The notes beneath the pieces were generated by a model. It was given only the letters and a program-made list of their open reading frames with translations. It had not been told where the DNA came from and made no database searches. From an uncultured bacterium (lineage in GTDB: Bacteria; Abyssobacteria; SURF-5): a DNA stretch of 64,000 nucleotides. Below are positions 21,102 through 29,411 of the stretch, piece after piece; within the stretch, counting starts at the first letter, position 1; every line of letters begins with the position of its first letter. Made by a program: the position numbers and the translations under genes. The stretch is taken from NCBI GenBank assembly GCA_964607485.1, contig CAZSKP010000001.1:1-64000 (forward strand), written 5' to 3'.

Positions 21102-21611
21102 ATGGGCGTATTTCGAAACAGACGAAAGTTGCCCTATTCGAAGGTTGATCTTCTTAACGCTAAGAAGCTGATCAAAAGCGCGAACATATACGCCATAACC
21201 GTATACTCCCCATTGTCCAATGAATTTCCTGAAGTCGATGCAATTATCGAATCCGATCTTTTAGAATTTTGGGACTATCTTATTACGATTGCTGGCGTTG
21301 GAACAGCTTTTATGGAAATTGCAGATTCTGTTCCGGAAAGAGAGCAATTCGGACTTACGCATGCAATTCAAAAGGAACTCGATGATTGGCAAAAAAGTGC
21401 CTATTATGCTATGAGAGATTTTGTGAAATATGTCGCAAAATTGGTAGATACGGAAGTTGAAATTCCTGACGCCATCGGCACTTGGATTTGGGTGAACTTG
21501 GAGAAGCACGATAAATCTAATGTAAAGCTGAGAGAATTGGCTTCGTCCCTCAAACTTGTTAGGGCAGTCGGCTTACCCATCCTAATGACCTTTCACGACT
21601 GGTGGAAGTGA
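21102..21611 (+). CDS. Hypothetical protein (AT-richer)
   Basis: 169 aa ORF with GAGGAGG RBS; no recognised motif. Confidence 0.65.
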   Translation: MGVFRNRRKLPYSKVDLLNAKKLIKSANIYAITVYSPLSNEFPEVDAIIESDLLEFWDYLITIAGVGTAFMEIADSVPEREQFGLTHAIQKELDDWQKSAYYAMRDFVKYVAKLVDTEVEIPDAIGTWIWVNLEKHDKSNVKLRELASSLKLVRAVGLPILMTFHDWWK

Positions 21612-21703
21612 ATTGAGTTTCTGAACATAGCAATGTGATGCCATCTCCTGAAAAGAATCTAGGAGAAGATGCAGAGAGCAACGAATAGGAGGAACGCTGC
21701 AAG

Positions 21704-22300
21704 ATGACGTTGACTGATGCATTTGCCCTCGTCGGAGCCGCCCTTGTTTCGATTGGTAGCGGTGGAGGGATTGTTCTCTTATTGTCCGGGTGGCTTGGTA
21801 AAGTTTGGGCGAATAGGATCATGGAAGCTGACCGTGCAAGACATACTCAAGAGTTGGAGAAGCTTCGGTCAGAATTGAGACATACCAGTGAGAGGGAACT
21901 CACGGCCATGAGGACGGAACTGGACATATTTCGGGAAAAGCATCTTAAGGGCCACTCGGATAAGCTCCAAATTTATCAGTTAGCTACGAACATAGTGGCC
22001 GATTTTCTGAGCGACTTTGAAAGGATATATGCAACTTCTCAAGTACCTCCTGATATAGGAGACCGTCTTGATGCTTTTAACCGTAACCGTATGAGAGTAT
22101 ATGGCTACCTTGCGATGCTTGCTCCTCAGCCTGTCATTGATGCATTTGATTCACTTATCGATCACTTGCTTGCAGTCAGGAATGCTGAAAAATCTTACGT
22201 GTTTGCCGAGATACGCCCCTTGATTATTGGCGTGCTAAATGAGATTCGGAAGGATATCGGAATCGATGTGAGTCCAATTGAGTATAGGGGAAAACGGTAA
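21704..22300 (+). CDS. Hypothetical protein with N-terminal TM and coiled coil
   Basis: 198 aa, AGGAGG RBS, hydrophobic N-terminus then QELEKLRSEL heptads. Confidence 0.7.
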   Translation: MTLTDAFALVGAALVSIGSGGGIVLLLSGWLGKVWANRIMEADRARHTQELEKLRSELRHTSERELTAMRTELDIFREKHLKGHSDKLQIYQLATNIVADFLSDFERIYATSQVPPDIGDRLDAFNRNRMRVYGYLAMLAPQPVIDAFDSLIDHLLAVRNAEKSYVFAEIRPLIIGVLNEIRKDIGIDVSPIEYRGKR

Positions 22301-22339
22301 GAACTAGGTAATAAAAGTTGAACATGCCCCATCTCATTT

Positions 22340-23138
22340 CTGGATTCCCGCTTCCGCGGGAATGACAGAGCAGCGGATGGCGGGAATGACAGAGCGGCGG
22401 TGTTGGAGGAATAGAGCAGTACTCCTTCGACAATAGTTCATGGTGTTTGCGTACGGAGAATTGTTTCCTGGCATCGGCCATATTTTCTATCAGAATAGAG
22501 AAAGTGTTCATTATTGTCATTCCCGCGAAAGCGGGAATCCAGAATTCAGAGTTTTACGCCATATGAGGAGCTACTACGTTTACATACTGGCCAGCAAGAG
22601 AAATGGGACTCTGTATGTCGGTGTCACAAACAATCTAATCAGAAGAGTGTATGAGCACAAGAATGAGATGGTGGAAGGATTCACGAACAAGTATGGCGTT
22701 CACAAATTGGTCTATTATGAACAGACCAACGACCTGAAGAGTGCGATCCAGAGGGAGAGAAGGTTGAAGAAGTGGAATCGGAAATGGAAGATGGAGCTCA
22801 TCGAGCAAGGGAATTCTGATTGGAAAGACTTGTACGATGAACTCACGGAGGAGACGGAAACTGACACTTAGAAAGATTCTGGATTCCCGCTTTCGCGGGA
22901 ATGACGTGATGGGAGGCGAACGTTCGTTGCTAACTCTGAATTCCAGTTCTCGGGTCGAACGATGGGCAAGTCTAGCGGGAATGACATGAGGGGGGAGCGA
23001 ACGCTTGCTGCTTACGGTGGATTCCCGTTCTCTGAGAGGATAAGCTGAGCGGGAATGACATGATGGGGAGAGCGAACGCTGGTTGTCAACTCTGGATTCC
23101 CGCTTTCGCGGGAATGACATGAAGAGGGCGGGAATGAC
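22340..23138. repeat. Cluster of GGATTCCCGC-N-GCGGGAATGAC palindromic repeats around the GIY-YIG gene
   Basis: Full copies at 22340-22366, 22516-22542 (inverted), 22879-22905 and 23092-23118; core GCGGGAATGAC also at 22380, 22975, 23049 and 23128. Confidence 0.9.
22563..22871 (+). CDS. Stand-alone GIY-YIG nuclease family protein
   Basis: YYVYILAS..NGTLYVGVT, RRVYEHK, GFTNKYGV.KLVYYE, AIQRERRLKKW. Confidence 0.93.
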   Translation: MRSYYVYILASKRNGTLYVGVTNNLIRRVYEHKNEMVEGFTNKYGVHKLVYYEQTNDLKSAIQRERRLKKWNRKWKMELIEQGNSDWKDLYDELTEETETDT

Positions 23139-23176
23139 ATTACCAACTGTTCTCCAAGGTGTTGGGAACATCAGTT

Positions 23177-24667
23177 ATGCCGATCGTAAAAGCGAATAGA
23201 AAACTAGCGGACTGGCTCTGGGGTTCCGTCTTTTGCGTATTTTTCGTCCTTGCCGTTTCGGCGGTGGCCGCTGGCGAAAGCGTCTCGAAGAAGGATGTGC
23301 TGGCGGGGCGGATCGACGCGATAGTGGCGGAGGCGAATGCTGACGAGGCGACGTGGGCCATCGAGGTGGTCTCGCTCGATACGGGCGAGACGCTCTACGC
23401 AAAGAACGCGCGCGCACTCCTCGTGCCCGCCTCGAACATGAAGCTGTTTACCACGGCCGCGGCACTGGAGCGGCTGGGGCCGGATTTCACCACGAAGACA
23501 TCGTTCTATTTCGACGGCACGCTTGGCGAGGACGGCGCGCTCGACGGCAACGTGATCATCTATGGGCGTGGCGACCCGAACATATCGGGGCGCTTCACCG
23601 ACAAGCCCACGTCCATCTTCGAGCAGGTCGCCGCGTCGCTCAAGGCACTCGGCCTGCGTGAGGTGCGCGGAAACATCGTCGGCGACGACAGCTATTTCGA
23701 CTCCGAATACTACGGTCCCTGGCCGGAGGACGAGTCGTGCAAATGGTACGCCGCCCGCGTGAGCGCACTTTCGTTCAACGATAACTGTGTTGACATCTAC
23801 GTGTGGCCGGGCGCGTCGCCGGGAGCGAAGGCGAAGGTCGCGAAGTCGCCGAAGACCTCTTTCGTTCGTGTCATCAACAGGGCGTCCACGACGAGCCACC
23901 GGAGCAACTCGGCGTGGATTTCGCCCGTCGGCGATGGCACGGCCGTTCTTGTGGGAGGCAGCATCTGGTCGCGGAAGAAGGAGGAGGTGCTGTATTTCCC
24001 CGTCGAGTCGCCGCCGCTGTATGCGGCCACGGTCTTCAGGGAAACGCTCGAGCGCGAGGGAGTCAAAGTCGCGGGCAAGGCGCGCACGCTCGGGGCCGAC
24101 CACAAATCGGCCGTGCCTCCGGGGGCCGTGCCGGTCGTCGAACATGAATCGTTGCCTCTTTCGGAAATGATCAAGGTGGTGAACAAGCGCAGCCAAAACC
24201 TGCACGCGGAGCTCCTTCTGAAGCAGGTCGGGCTTCAGGCGGGGGAGGGACCTACGTTTGACGGCGGGGCCAAGGCGGTCCGCCATTTCGCGACGAGGGC
24301 GGGCGTCAGGCCGGACTCGGTAATCATCAATGACGGCTCGGGGCTTTCCAGAACGAACCGCGCGAGCGCAGATTCGATAGTACAGTTGCTGACGTTCATG
24401 GACGCGAGCAAGTGGAGCGACGCGTTCAGAGACTCGCTTGCGATTCCGGGCGTTGACAATTCGTTGCGCACGATGTCGAGGGCGGTGCCCGCCGGAAAGG
24501 TGGTGGGGAAGACCGGCTCGTTGAAAAACGTGCTTGCGTTTTCCGGCTACGCCACGGCGAAGTCGGAGCGGCTGGCCTTCTCAATCATAGTCAATGGCTT
24601 CGAGGGGGATTCGTCTCGGATACGAGAGGCGAGAGACAGGATTTGCAGGGAGCTGGCCCGTTACTGA
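23177..24667 (+). CDS. dacB: D-alanyl-D-alanine carboxypeptidase/endopeptidase (PBP4, peptidase S13)
   Basis: PASNMK (SxxK), SQN, DGSGLSR and KTGS; signal peptide. Confidence 0.92.
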   Translation: MPIVKANRKLADWLWGSVFCVFFVLAVSAVAAGESVSKKDVLAGRIDAIVAEANADEATWAIEVVSLDTGETLYAKNARALLVPASNMKLFTTAAALERLGPDFTTKTSFYFDGTLGEDGALDGNVIIYGRGDPNISGRFTDKPTSIFEQVAASLKALGLREVRGNIVGDDSYFDSEYYGPWPEDESCKWYAARVSALSFNDNCVDIYVWPGASPGAKAKVAKSPKTSFVRVINRASTTSHRSNSAWISPVGDGTAVLVGGSIWSRKKEEVLYFPVESPPLYAATVFRETLEREGVKVAGKARTLGADHKSAVPPGAVPVVEHESLPLSEMIKVVNKRSQNLHAELLLKQVGLQAGEGPTFDGGAKAVRHFATRAGVRPDSVIINDGSGLSRTNRASADSIVQLLTFMDASKWSDAFRDSLAIPGVDNSLRTMSRAVPAGKVVGKTGSLKNVLAFSGYATAKSERLAFSIIVNGFEGDSSRIREARDRICRELARY

Positions 24668-24705
24668 GGCGACGTGTATCAACCTTGCTCTCTTGTCCGA
24701 GGATG

Positions 24706-24870
24706 TTACGCGCGACACTTCTTGAGCGAACCGAACGACTCCTTCATGCACTTCGGGCAGTAGGTGTGCGACGCGTGGCGCATGACTTTGTAGGGCTTTG
24801 CCACGCTCGTCCACTTGTTTCCCTGCCGCACCCTCAGACAGACACAGCATTGGATTATCACTGGACTCAT
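24706..24870 (-). CDS. Small putative zinc-binding protein (54 aa)
   Basis: GGGGAAGGA RBS; MSPVIIQCCVC...W...SHTYCPKC. Confidence 0.65.
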   Translation of the reverse strand: MSPVIIQCCVCLRVRQGNKWTSVAKPYKVMRHASHTYCPKCMKESFGSLKKCRA

Positions 24871-25220
24871 TTCCTTCCCCCTCTGCTGGAGACCTGAGGC
24901 AATGTGGGCCGCCTCCGGCCCCGCCGTTCTATATCGCTTGCCCCCAAGAACAGTCAATTTTGATGCCATGTCCCTTCGGAAACGATTCAAGAACGTAACC
25001 ACTTTATTCGGTTGCAGTTGCATCGCTCCAGCATTTTTGGTGTGGGGACACTTCAGATGTTTTTCGAGGGCAATTTCTTCCGAAACGCCGCGGAACAGGA
25101 AGAAAATTCCGCAGCTATGAAAGGGGGAAAAGACCCGGAACTGTCCGGGAGGGTATTTGGATGCTATTCCAGACGCCCCATAGCGCTTCTGCTTCCCGCT
25201 GGGTCATCGGGAATACTCTG

Positions 25221-25310
25221 GTAGGGGCAACCCCCCGTGGTTGCCCGTTCTTCTCATAAGACCGCAACTGTCCGTGATTCCGCAGGGCAGGCACGGGGGC
25301 CTGCCCCTAC
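25221..25310. repeat. Inverted GTAG-REP doublet (REPIN-like)
   Basis: GTAGGGGCAACCCCCCGTGGTTGCCC (25221-25246) and GGGCAGGCACGGGGGCCTGCCCCTAC (25285-25310). Confidence 0.75.
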
Positions 25311-25489
25311 GAGCTCACATGACAGCGTCCGGCCCGGTCTTGCGGACGGAAGAGAACTTCCCATCTATTTCCCGGCAGGCCGATTCTCATTTCTATGCCG
25401 GACATTGCAGGGGAAATTCCGGACTTTTCCTTCTTGTCGCTCTCTCTGCGCAGACACGAATCGTGTGGACGATATGTCGGCGGCTGTTC

Positions 25490-25518
25490 TTGACAATCCG
25501 GAACGTCACGAGTATAAT
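25490..25518 (+). promoter_or_regulatory. Consensus sigma70 promoter of tRNA-Ala
   Basis: Exact TTGACA-N17-TATAAT. Confidence 0.85.
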
Positions 25519-25561
25519 GCGGTTTGAGGAAATCCGAGAAAGGATTGCTCCTCGTTTGCGT

Positions 25562-25634
25562 GGGGATGTAGCTCAGTTGGGAGAGCGTTTGACTGGCAGT
25601 CAAAAGGTCGTGGGTTCGATTCCCATCATCTCCA
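25562..25634 (+). tRNA. tRNA-Ala(GGC); CCA not encoded
   Basis: Acceptor GGGGATG/CATCTCC with G3:U70; anticodon arm TTTGA-CTGGCAG-TCAAA; T-loop GTTCGATTC; followed by CTA. Confidence 0.96.
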
Positions 25635-25739
25635 CTACATAACCTCTTGACAAGCGGCCACTTGGGAGGATGCCTGAGTGGCCTATTTTTATGTGCTTGA
25701 TAAATGTGGCGGCTTTGTGGCTGTGGCCCGCCAAATAGG

Positions 25740-25842
25740 ACACACTCCCCCAGTGAATATGCCCGGGTGGTGGCCAAGACCCAAGGAGCAGCTGCCCTGG
25801 TTTCCTCCAGTCCATAGTGGTACAGTTTCAGGGGAACAGTCA
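25740..25842 (+). pseudogene. Probable right-end remnant of an IS3-family element
   Basis: Short frame ..SPSEYA..stop followed by GTGGTACAGTTTCAGGGGAACAGTCA, resembling an IS3 terminal IR ending in CA. Confidence 0.45.
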
Positions 25843-26033
25843 TCACCACGAAGCTCTTGGAAACGTGACGCCTGATGATGTATACTTCGGCAGAAGGGAG
25901 GAGATCCTGCAAAAGAGACGTGAGCTCAAGCAACAAACCCTAGCCAGACGCAAGACCATCAACCTCGGCAAGGAAGCCGATCCTATAACCTAATTCCAAT
26001 ACCAAAATGTCCCAAATGGTTTGAATACTTACA
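25841..26033 (+). pseudogene. Integrase-core (IS3-like) transposase C-terminal remnant with terminal IR
   Basis: HHHEALGNVTPDDVYFGRREEILQKRRELKQQTLARRK, stop at 25991-25993, then TGTCCCAAATGGTTTGAATACTTACA. Confidence 0.75.
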
Positions 26034-26158
26034 GATACAGTGTTCGGTTTCGGGATGCCCCAGGATACGCCTATTACGGGAAGATGGTAACTGAAAGCTC
26101 TTGTTTTAGCCAGAGCTGATATTCTGATTTTTGGCGTAACAACGGTCAGTGTCAGAAT

Positions 26159-27454
26159 TTGTTGGAGGACATTTTGTTCATGCAATCCAAACAGCTCCAA
26201 AAACCGTTCTGCGAACGCTCTGTTGCCATCATAAACGATCGCCTGGATATTGAGGGAGGTGCTGGAAACGTAGCTTTAGGTCTTGCCTCTATCCTCGCAA
26301 AAAAGAAGTTTGCGGTAACTGTCTTTACCACATGCTTCGATGCAAGCCTCTGGCCAGAGGAATTGTGTTCGGGCTTTTCACTGCATCTTGTTCCCGACTC
26401 GATTGGTCCATTCAGGCTTGAGAAATCGAAGAGGGTCAGAAGATTGCTCGTCGGTAGGTACTTAAGTGGGAAGCTGGATAAATTCGACATAGTTATATGC
26501 AGTAACAGCATTGCAATGCAATGGCTACATCTTGCGAAGAAATATAACAAGAATGTTCCCTTAGGAATTTTTCTTTGTCAAGAACCTACAAGAAAGGTCT
26601 TTGGAGAAATTACAGATACACACTTCTTTTCGGTGGAGAGACAAGACACAAGAAACGGCTATAATACTCACATTCTGCACGATATCCAAAAGCAACGGAG
26701 TCAGTGGAGAAAGAAGCGGAGAAAATATGCTCGAGACGCGATGTGGGAGGTTGAAGCGGCATCATCTGCTTCAGTGCTTGTGGCAAACAGCATGTTTTCA
26801 GCTCGGCACATCGAGACTGTCTTTCAAAGATCTCCTCTCGTAGTCTACCCAGGTATTTTCAAGAATGGCGAAGTCACGAAATGCACACAAGATGAGGCTG
26901 AACCTTATATAGGCTATGTTGGGAGGTTGTCAACCAAGAAGAATGTCCAAAATATACTGGAAAGTTTCCGCATATTTCGAGAGCTCACGGGCAACAGCCA
27001 GCTTCTTCTGAAGTTCATCGGTGATGGGCCGGCATACACGGAGCTTCGTGCAAGAACATCCTCATTGGGCCTCGAAAAGAAGGTGTTCTTTCGAAACTAT
27101 CTCAACGACCGGGATTTGTCTGTCTTTTACGCAAACGCAGAGATGATCATCTATATCCCTATTGATGAGCCTTTTGGATTAGTTCCTCTTGAAGCACTCG
27201 CCCATGGCACGCCTGTAATTGTATCGGATCATGGGGGCCCGGCTGAGGTCTTAAGCCACAAGCTGAATGCATATCTTGTGAATCCGTTCGATCCCGAGAA
27301 GGTAGCCGAGGCAATTTCTTATTTCTTAGCCAACAGGAACGTAGCGCGCAGCATGGCAATTAGAGGTCGTGATCTCGTCGCTTCTTATTATACGATGGAC
27401 AGATTCGCAGATGAAGTGCTACGGTTAATCGAGACTTCTGGAATTGCCAAATGA
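26159..27454 (+). CDS. Glycosyltransferase family 4; start uncertain
   Basis: GGAGNV, YVGRLSTKKN, EPFGLVPLEALAHGTPVI; AT-richer than flanks. Confidence 0.9.
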   Translation: MLEDILFMQSKQLQKPFCERSVAIINDRLDIEGGAGNVALGLASILAKKKFAVTVFTTCFDASLWPEELCSGFSLHLVPDSIGPFRLEKSKRVRRLLVGRYLSGKLDKFDIVICSNSIAMQWLHLAKKYNKNVPLGIFLCQEPTRKVFGEITDTHFFSVERQDTRNGYNTHILHDIQKQRSQWRKKRRKYARDAMWEVEAASSASVLVANSMFSARHIETVFQRSPLVVYPGIFKNGEVTKCTQDEAEPYIGYVGRLSTKKNVQNILESFRIFRELTGNSQLLLKFIGDGPAYTELRARTSSLGLEKKVFFRNYLNDRDLSVFYANAEMIIYIPIDEPFGLVPLEALAHGTPVIVSDHGGPAEVLSHKLNAYLVNPFDPEKVAEAISYFLANRNVARSMAIRGRDLVASYYTMDRFADEVLRLIETSGIAK

Positions 27455-27607
27455 GAACTAAGAACTACTGGCGGTTGTTCGCATACTTGTAGAAGAAACT
27501 TGACCATCTCAACATGATCCGATAACAATACAGTGTCATGTGCTGGGTGGGGCTTCTGCATCTCAGCCTAGTGCAACTCTGGTTCGGTTTTCGCGCTCCG
27601 GGCGGGA

Positions 27608-29299
27608 CTATTCGAAGACCGTTTTTCCGGCGACAATGGTCTTGCGAACTTTGATGTTTCTTATCTCCATGGGATTCTTGAGCGGGTCGGCGGAAAGCAC
27701 AATCAGGTCAGCATACTTGCCGACCTCGATTGAGCCGATTTTTTTCTCCTGAAACACCTGCCATGCCGCGTCTATGGTCACGGCACGAAGCGCCTGCATG
27801 GGGCTGATTCGCTCATCGGCTCCGATGATTCTGCCGCTCCTGGATATTCGATTGACCGCGCTCCATACGAGCACCATCGGTTCCATGGGCACAACGGGAG
27901 CGTCGAGGTGGATGCTGAAGGGAATACCCCTCTCGAGTGTCGATTTCGCGGGATAGATGCCGGCGGCCCGCTCCGGGCCCAGGAATATTTCCCAGTGACG
28001 GTCGCCCCAATAGTACGGATGAACGAGATGATAGGTGGGCGTCATCCCCAATTCTTTGATTGCGTCTAATTGTTCCATCTTCATCTGTTGACCATGGACG
28101 ATAATAGGACGGGCGTCCTGGCGATAATGTTCCTGTTGAGCCTGCCTGAATGCGTAGATGAAATTATCGATGGCGGCGTCGCCGTTGCAATGGACGGCAA
28201 CCTGCATGCCGGCGTTGTGAAACGTCTTCACCTTTTCCGCGAGCTTCTCTCGCTCTATTCTCGGATATCCCCTATAAGTCGGGTCGCCCTTGAACGGGGT
28301 GTAATAGGGATCTCTCATGTATGCGGTAAACGCCTGTGTCGAACCATCCGAGATCAATTTTGCAGCGCCTACTCGAAACTTTTCGGTGTTGTATTTCTGA
28401 GGATCGACCTCGTGCCTCACAATTTTCATCGCCAGCTCTTCATCGGGCCACACGACAAGGCGCAGTGGAATGATGCCAAGCCGTGAAGCCAACGACAGAC
28501 TCTTGAACGTCGGTTCGTCCGTGAGACCATTCTGGGCGGTCGTTACCCCGACTCTGAGGTAGTCGTCCACGCCTTTGCGGACAATTATCAGCCTATCCCA
28601 TATTGACAAATCCAACAGCGGCCAGTATATCTCCATCGCGCATTCTTCCATCACCCCAGTCGGCTCACCCGTCACGGGATCCTTGCGGATGACCGCGCCT
28701 TCGGGGTTTTCGGTCTGCGAGGTGATGCCTGCCCTGGCAAGCGCGAGACTGTTGGCGACTCCCATGTGGCCCGAAATGTGAAAGATGACAATCGGGTGCT
28801 CCGTCGATGCCCGGTCGAGGTCGTCGCGCGTTGGATGGCGCCTGTCTTCGAGAAGCGTGTCATCGTAGCCCAGTCCCAGAATCCATTCACCTTTCTTTGT
28901 CTGGGCGGCCTTCTGACGCAAAGCCTCAACGAGTTGAGAAATGTTTGTAATCGAACCAATAGGCGGGCTGTTCAGATTCACAGCGAGCGCATACAGACCA
29001 GTGCCCGGGAAATGGCCATGCGCGTCGATGATGCCGGGCATCATGGTCTTGCCATTGAGATCGAACACGTCGGCGCCGTCCTCGATGAATTCCCGCATAT
29101 CCTCATTGCTGCCGACGGCGACAATCCGCCCATTGCGGAATGCCACGGCTTCCGCAACTTGGTTCTGCGGGTTCATCGTGAGTATTGCGCCATTGATGTA
29201 CACCTGGGTTTTCGGCGGGAGGATAAACCACAGGATGGCAACCACCACAGCGGCCAGCAATGCAACCGCCGCTGCAAGGATGACAGACGCTTTTCTCAC
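27608..29299 (-). CDS. Amidohydrolase 3 family (YtcJ-like) with N-terminal membrane anchor
   Basis: PGIIDAHGH, SGHMGVANS, VHCNGD, HLDAPV and GSIEVGKYAD motifs. Confidence 0.9.
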   Translation of the reverse strand: MRKASVILAAAVALLAAVVVAILWFILPPKTQVYINGAILTMNPQNQVAEAVAFRNGRIVAVGSNEDMREFIEDGADVFDLNGKTMMPGIIDAHGHFPGTGLYALAVNLNSPPIGSITNISQLVEALRQKAAQTKKGEWILGLGYDDTLLEDRRHPTRDDLDRASTEHPIVIFHISGHMGVANSLALARAGITSQTENPEGAVIRKDPVTGEPTGVMEECAMEIYWPLLDLSIWDRLIIVRKGVDDYLRVGVTTAQNGLTDEPTFKSLSLASRLGIIPLRLVVWPDEELAMKIVRHEVDPQKYNTEKFRVGAAKLISDGSTQAFTAYMRDPYYTPFKGDPTYRGYPRIEREKLAEKVKTFHNAGMQVAVHCNGDAAIDNFIYAFRQAQQEHYRQDARPIIVHGQQMKMEQLDAIKELGMTPTYHLVHPYYWGDRHWEIFLGPERAAGIYPAKSTLERGIPFSIHLDAPVVPMEPMVLVWSAVNRISRSGRIIGADERISPMQALRAVTIDAAWQVFQEKKIGSIEVGKYADLIVLSADPLKNPMEIRNIKVRKTIVAGKTVFE

Positions 29300-29411
29300 T
29301 TCTTACCTCTTCGATTCAGTGCTGCGATGTTACCCCCTTCTCATCTTGAAGGCGACACAGAAAGCGCCTGCCTTAGAATACGGGAAGGCCCAGGACCGCG
29401 ATTTCCGCCCG

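Noticed and set aside
22879-23138. CRISPR array
   Set aside because: Unit lengths are irregular, repeats degenerate, variable parts very short or mutually related, and no cas genes are present in the window.
24954-24968. sigma54 promoter for the small zinc protein (TGGCATCAAAATTGA, minus strand)
   Set aside because: The -12 element is GA rather than GC, and the shared enhancer motif was not seen nearby.
27500-27520. attR duplication of the tRNA-Ala 3' end
   Set aside because: Only a CATCTC match; too short to support.
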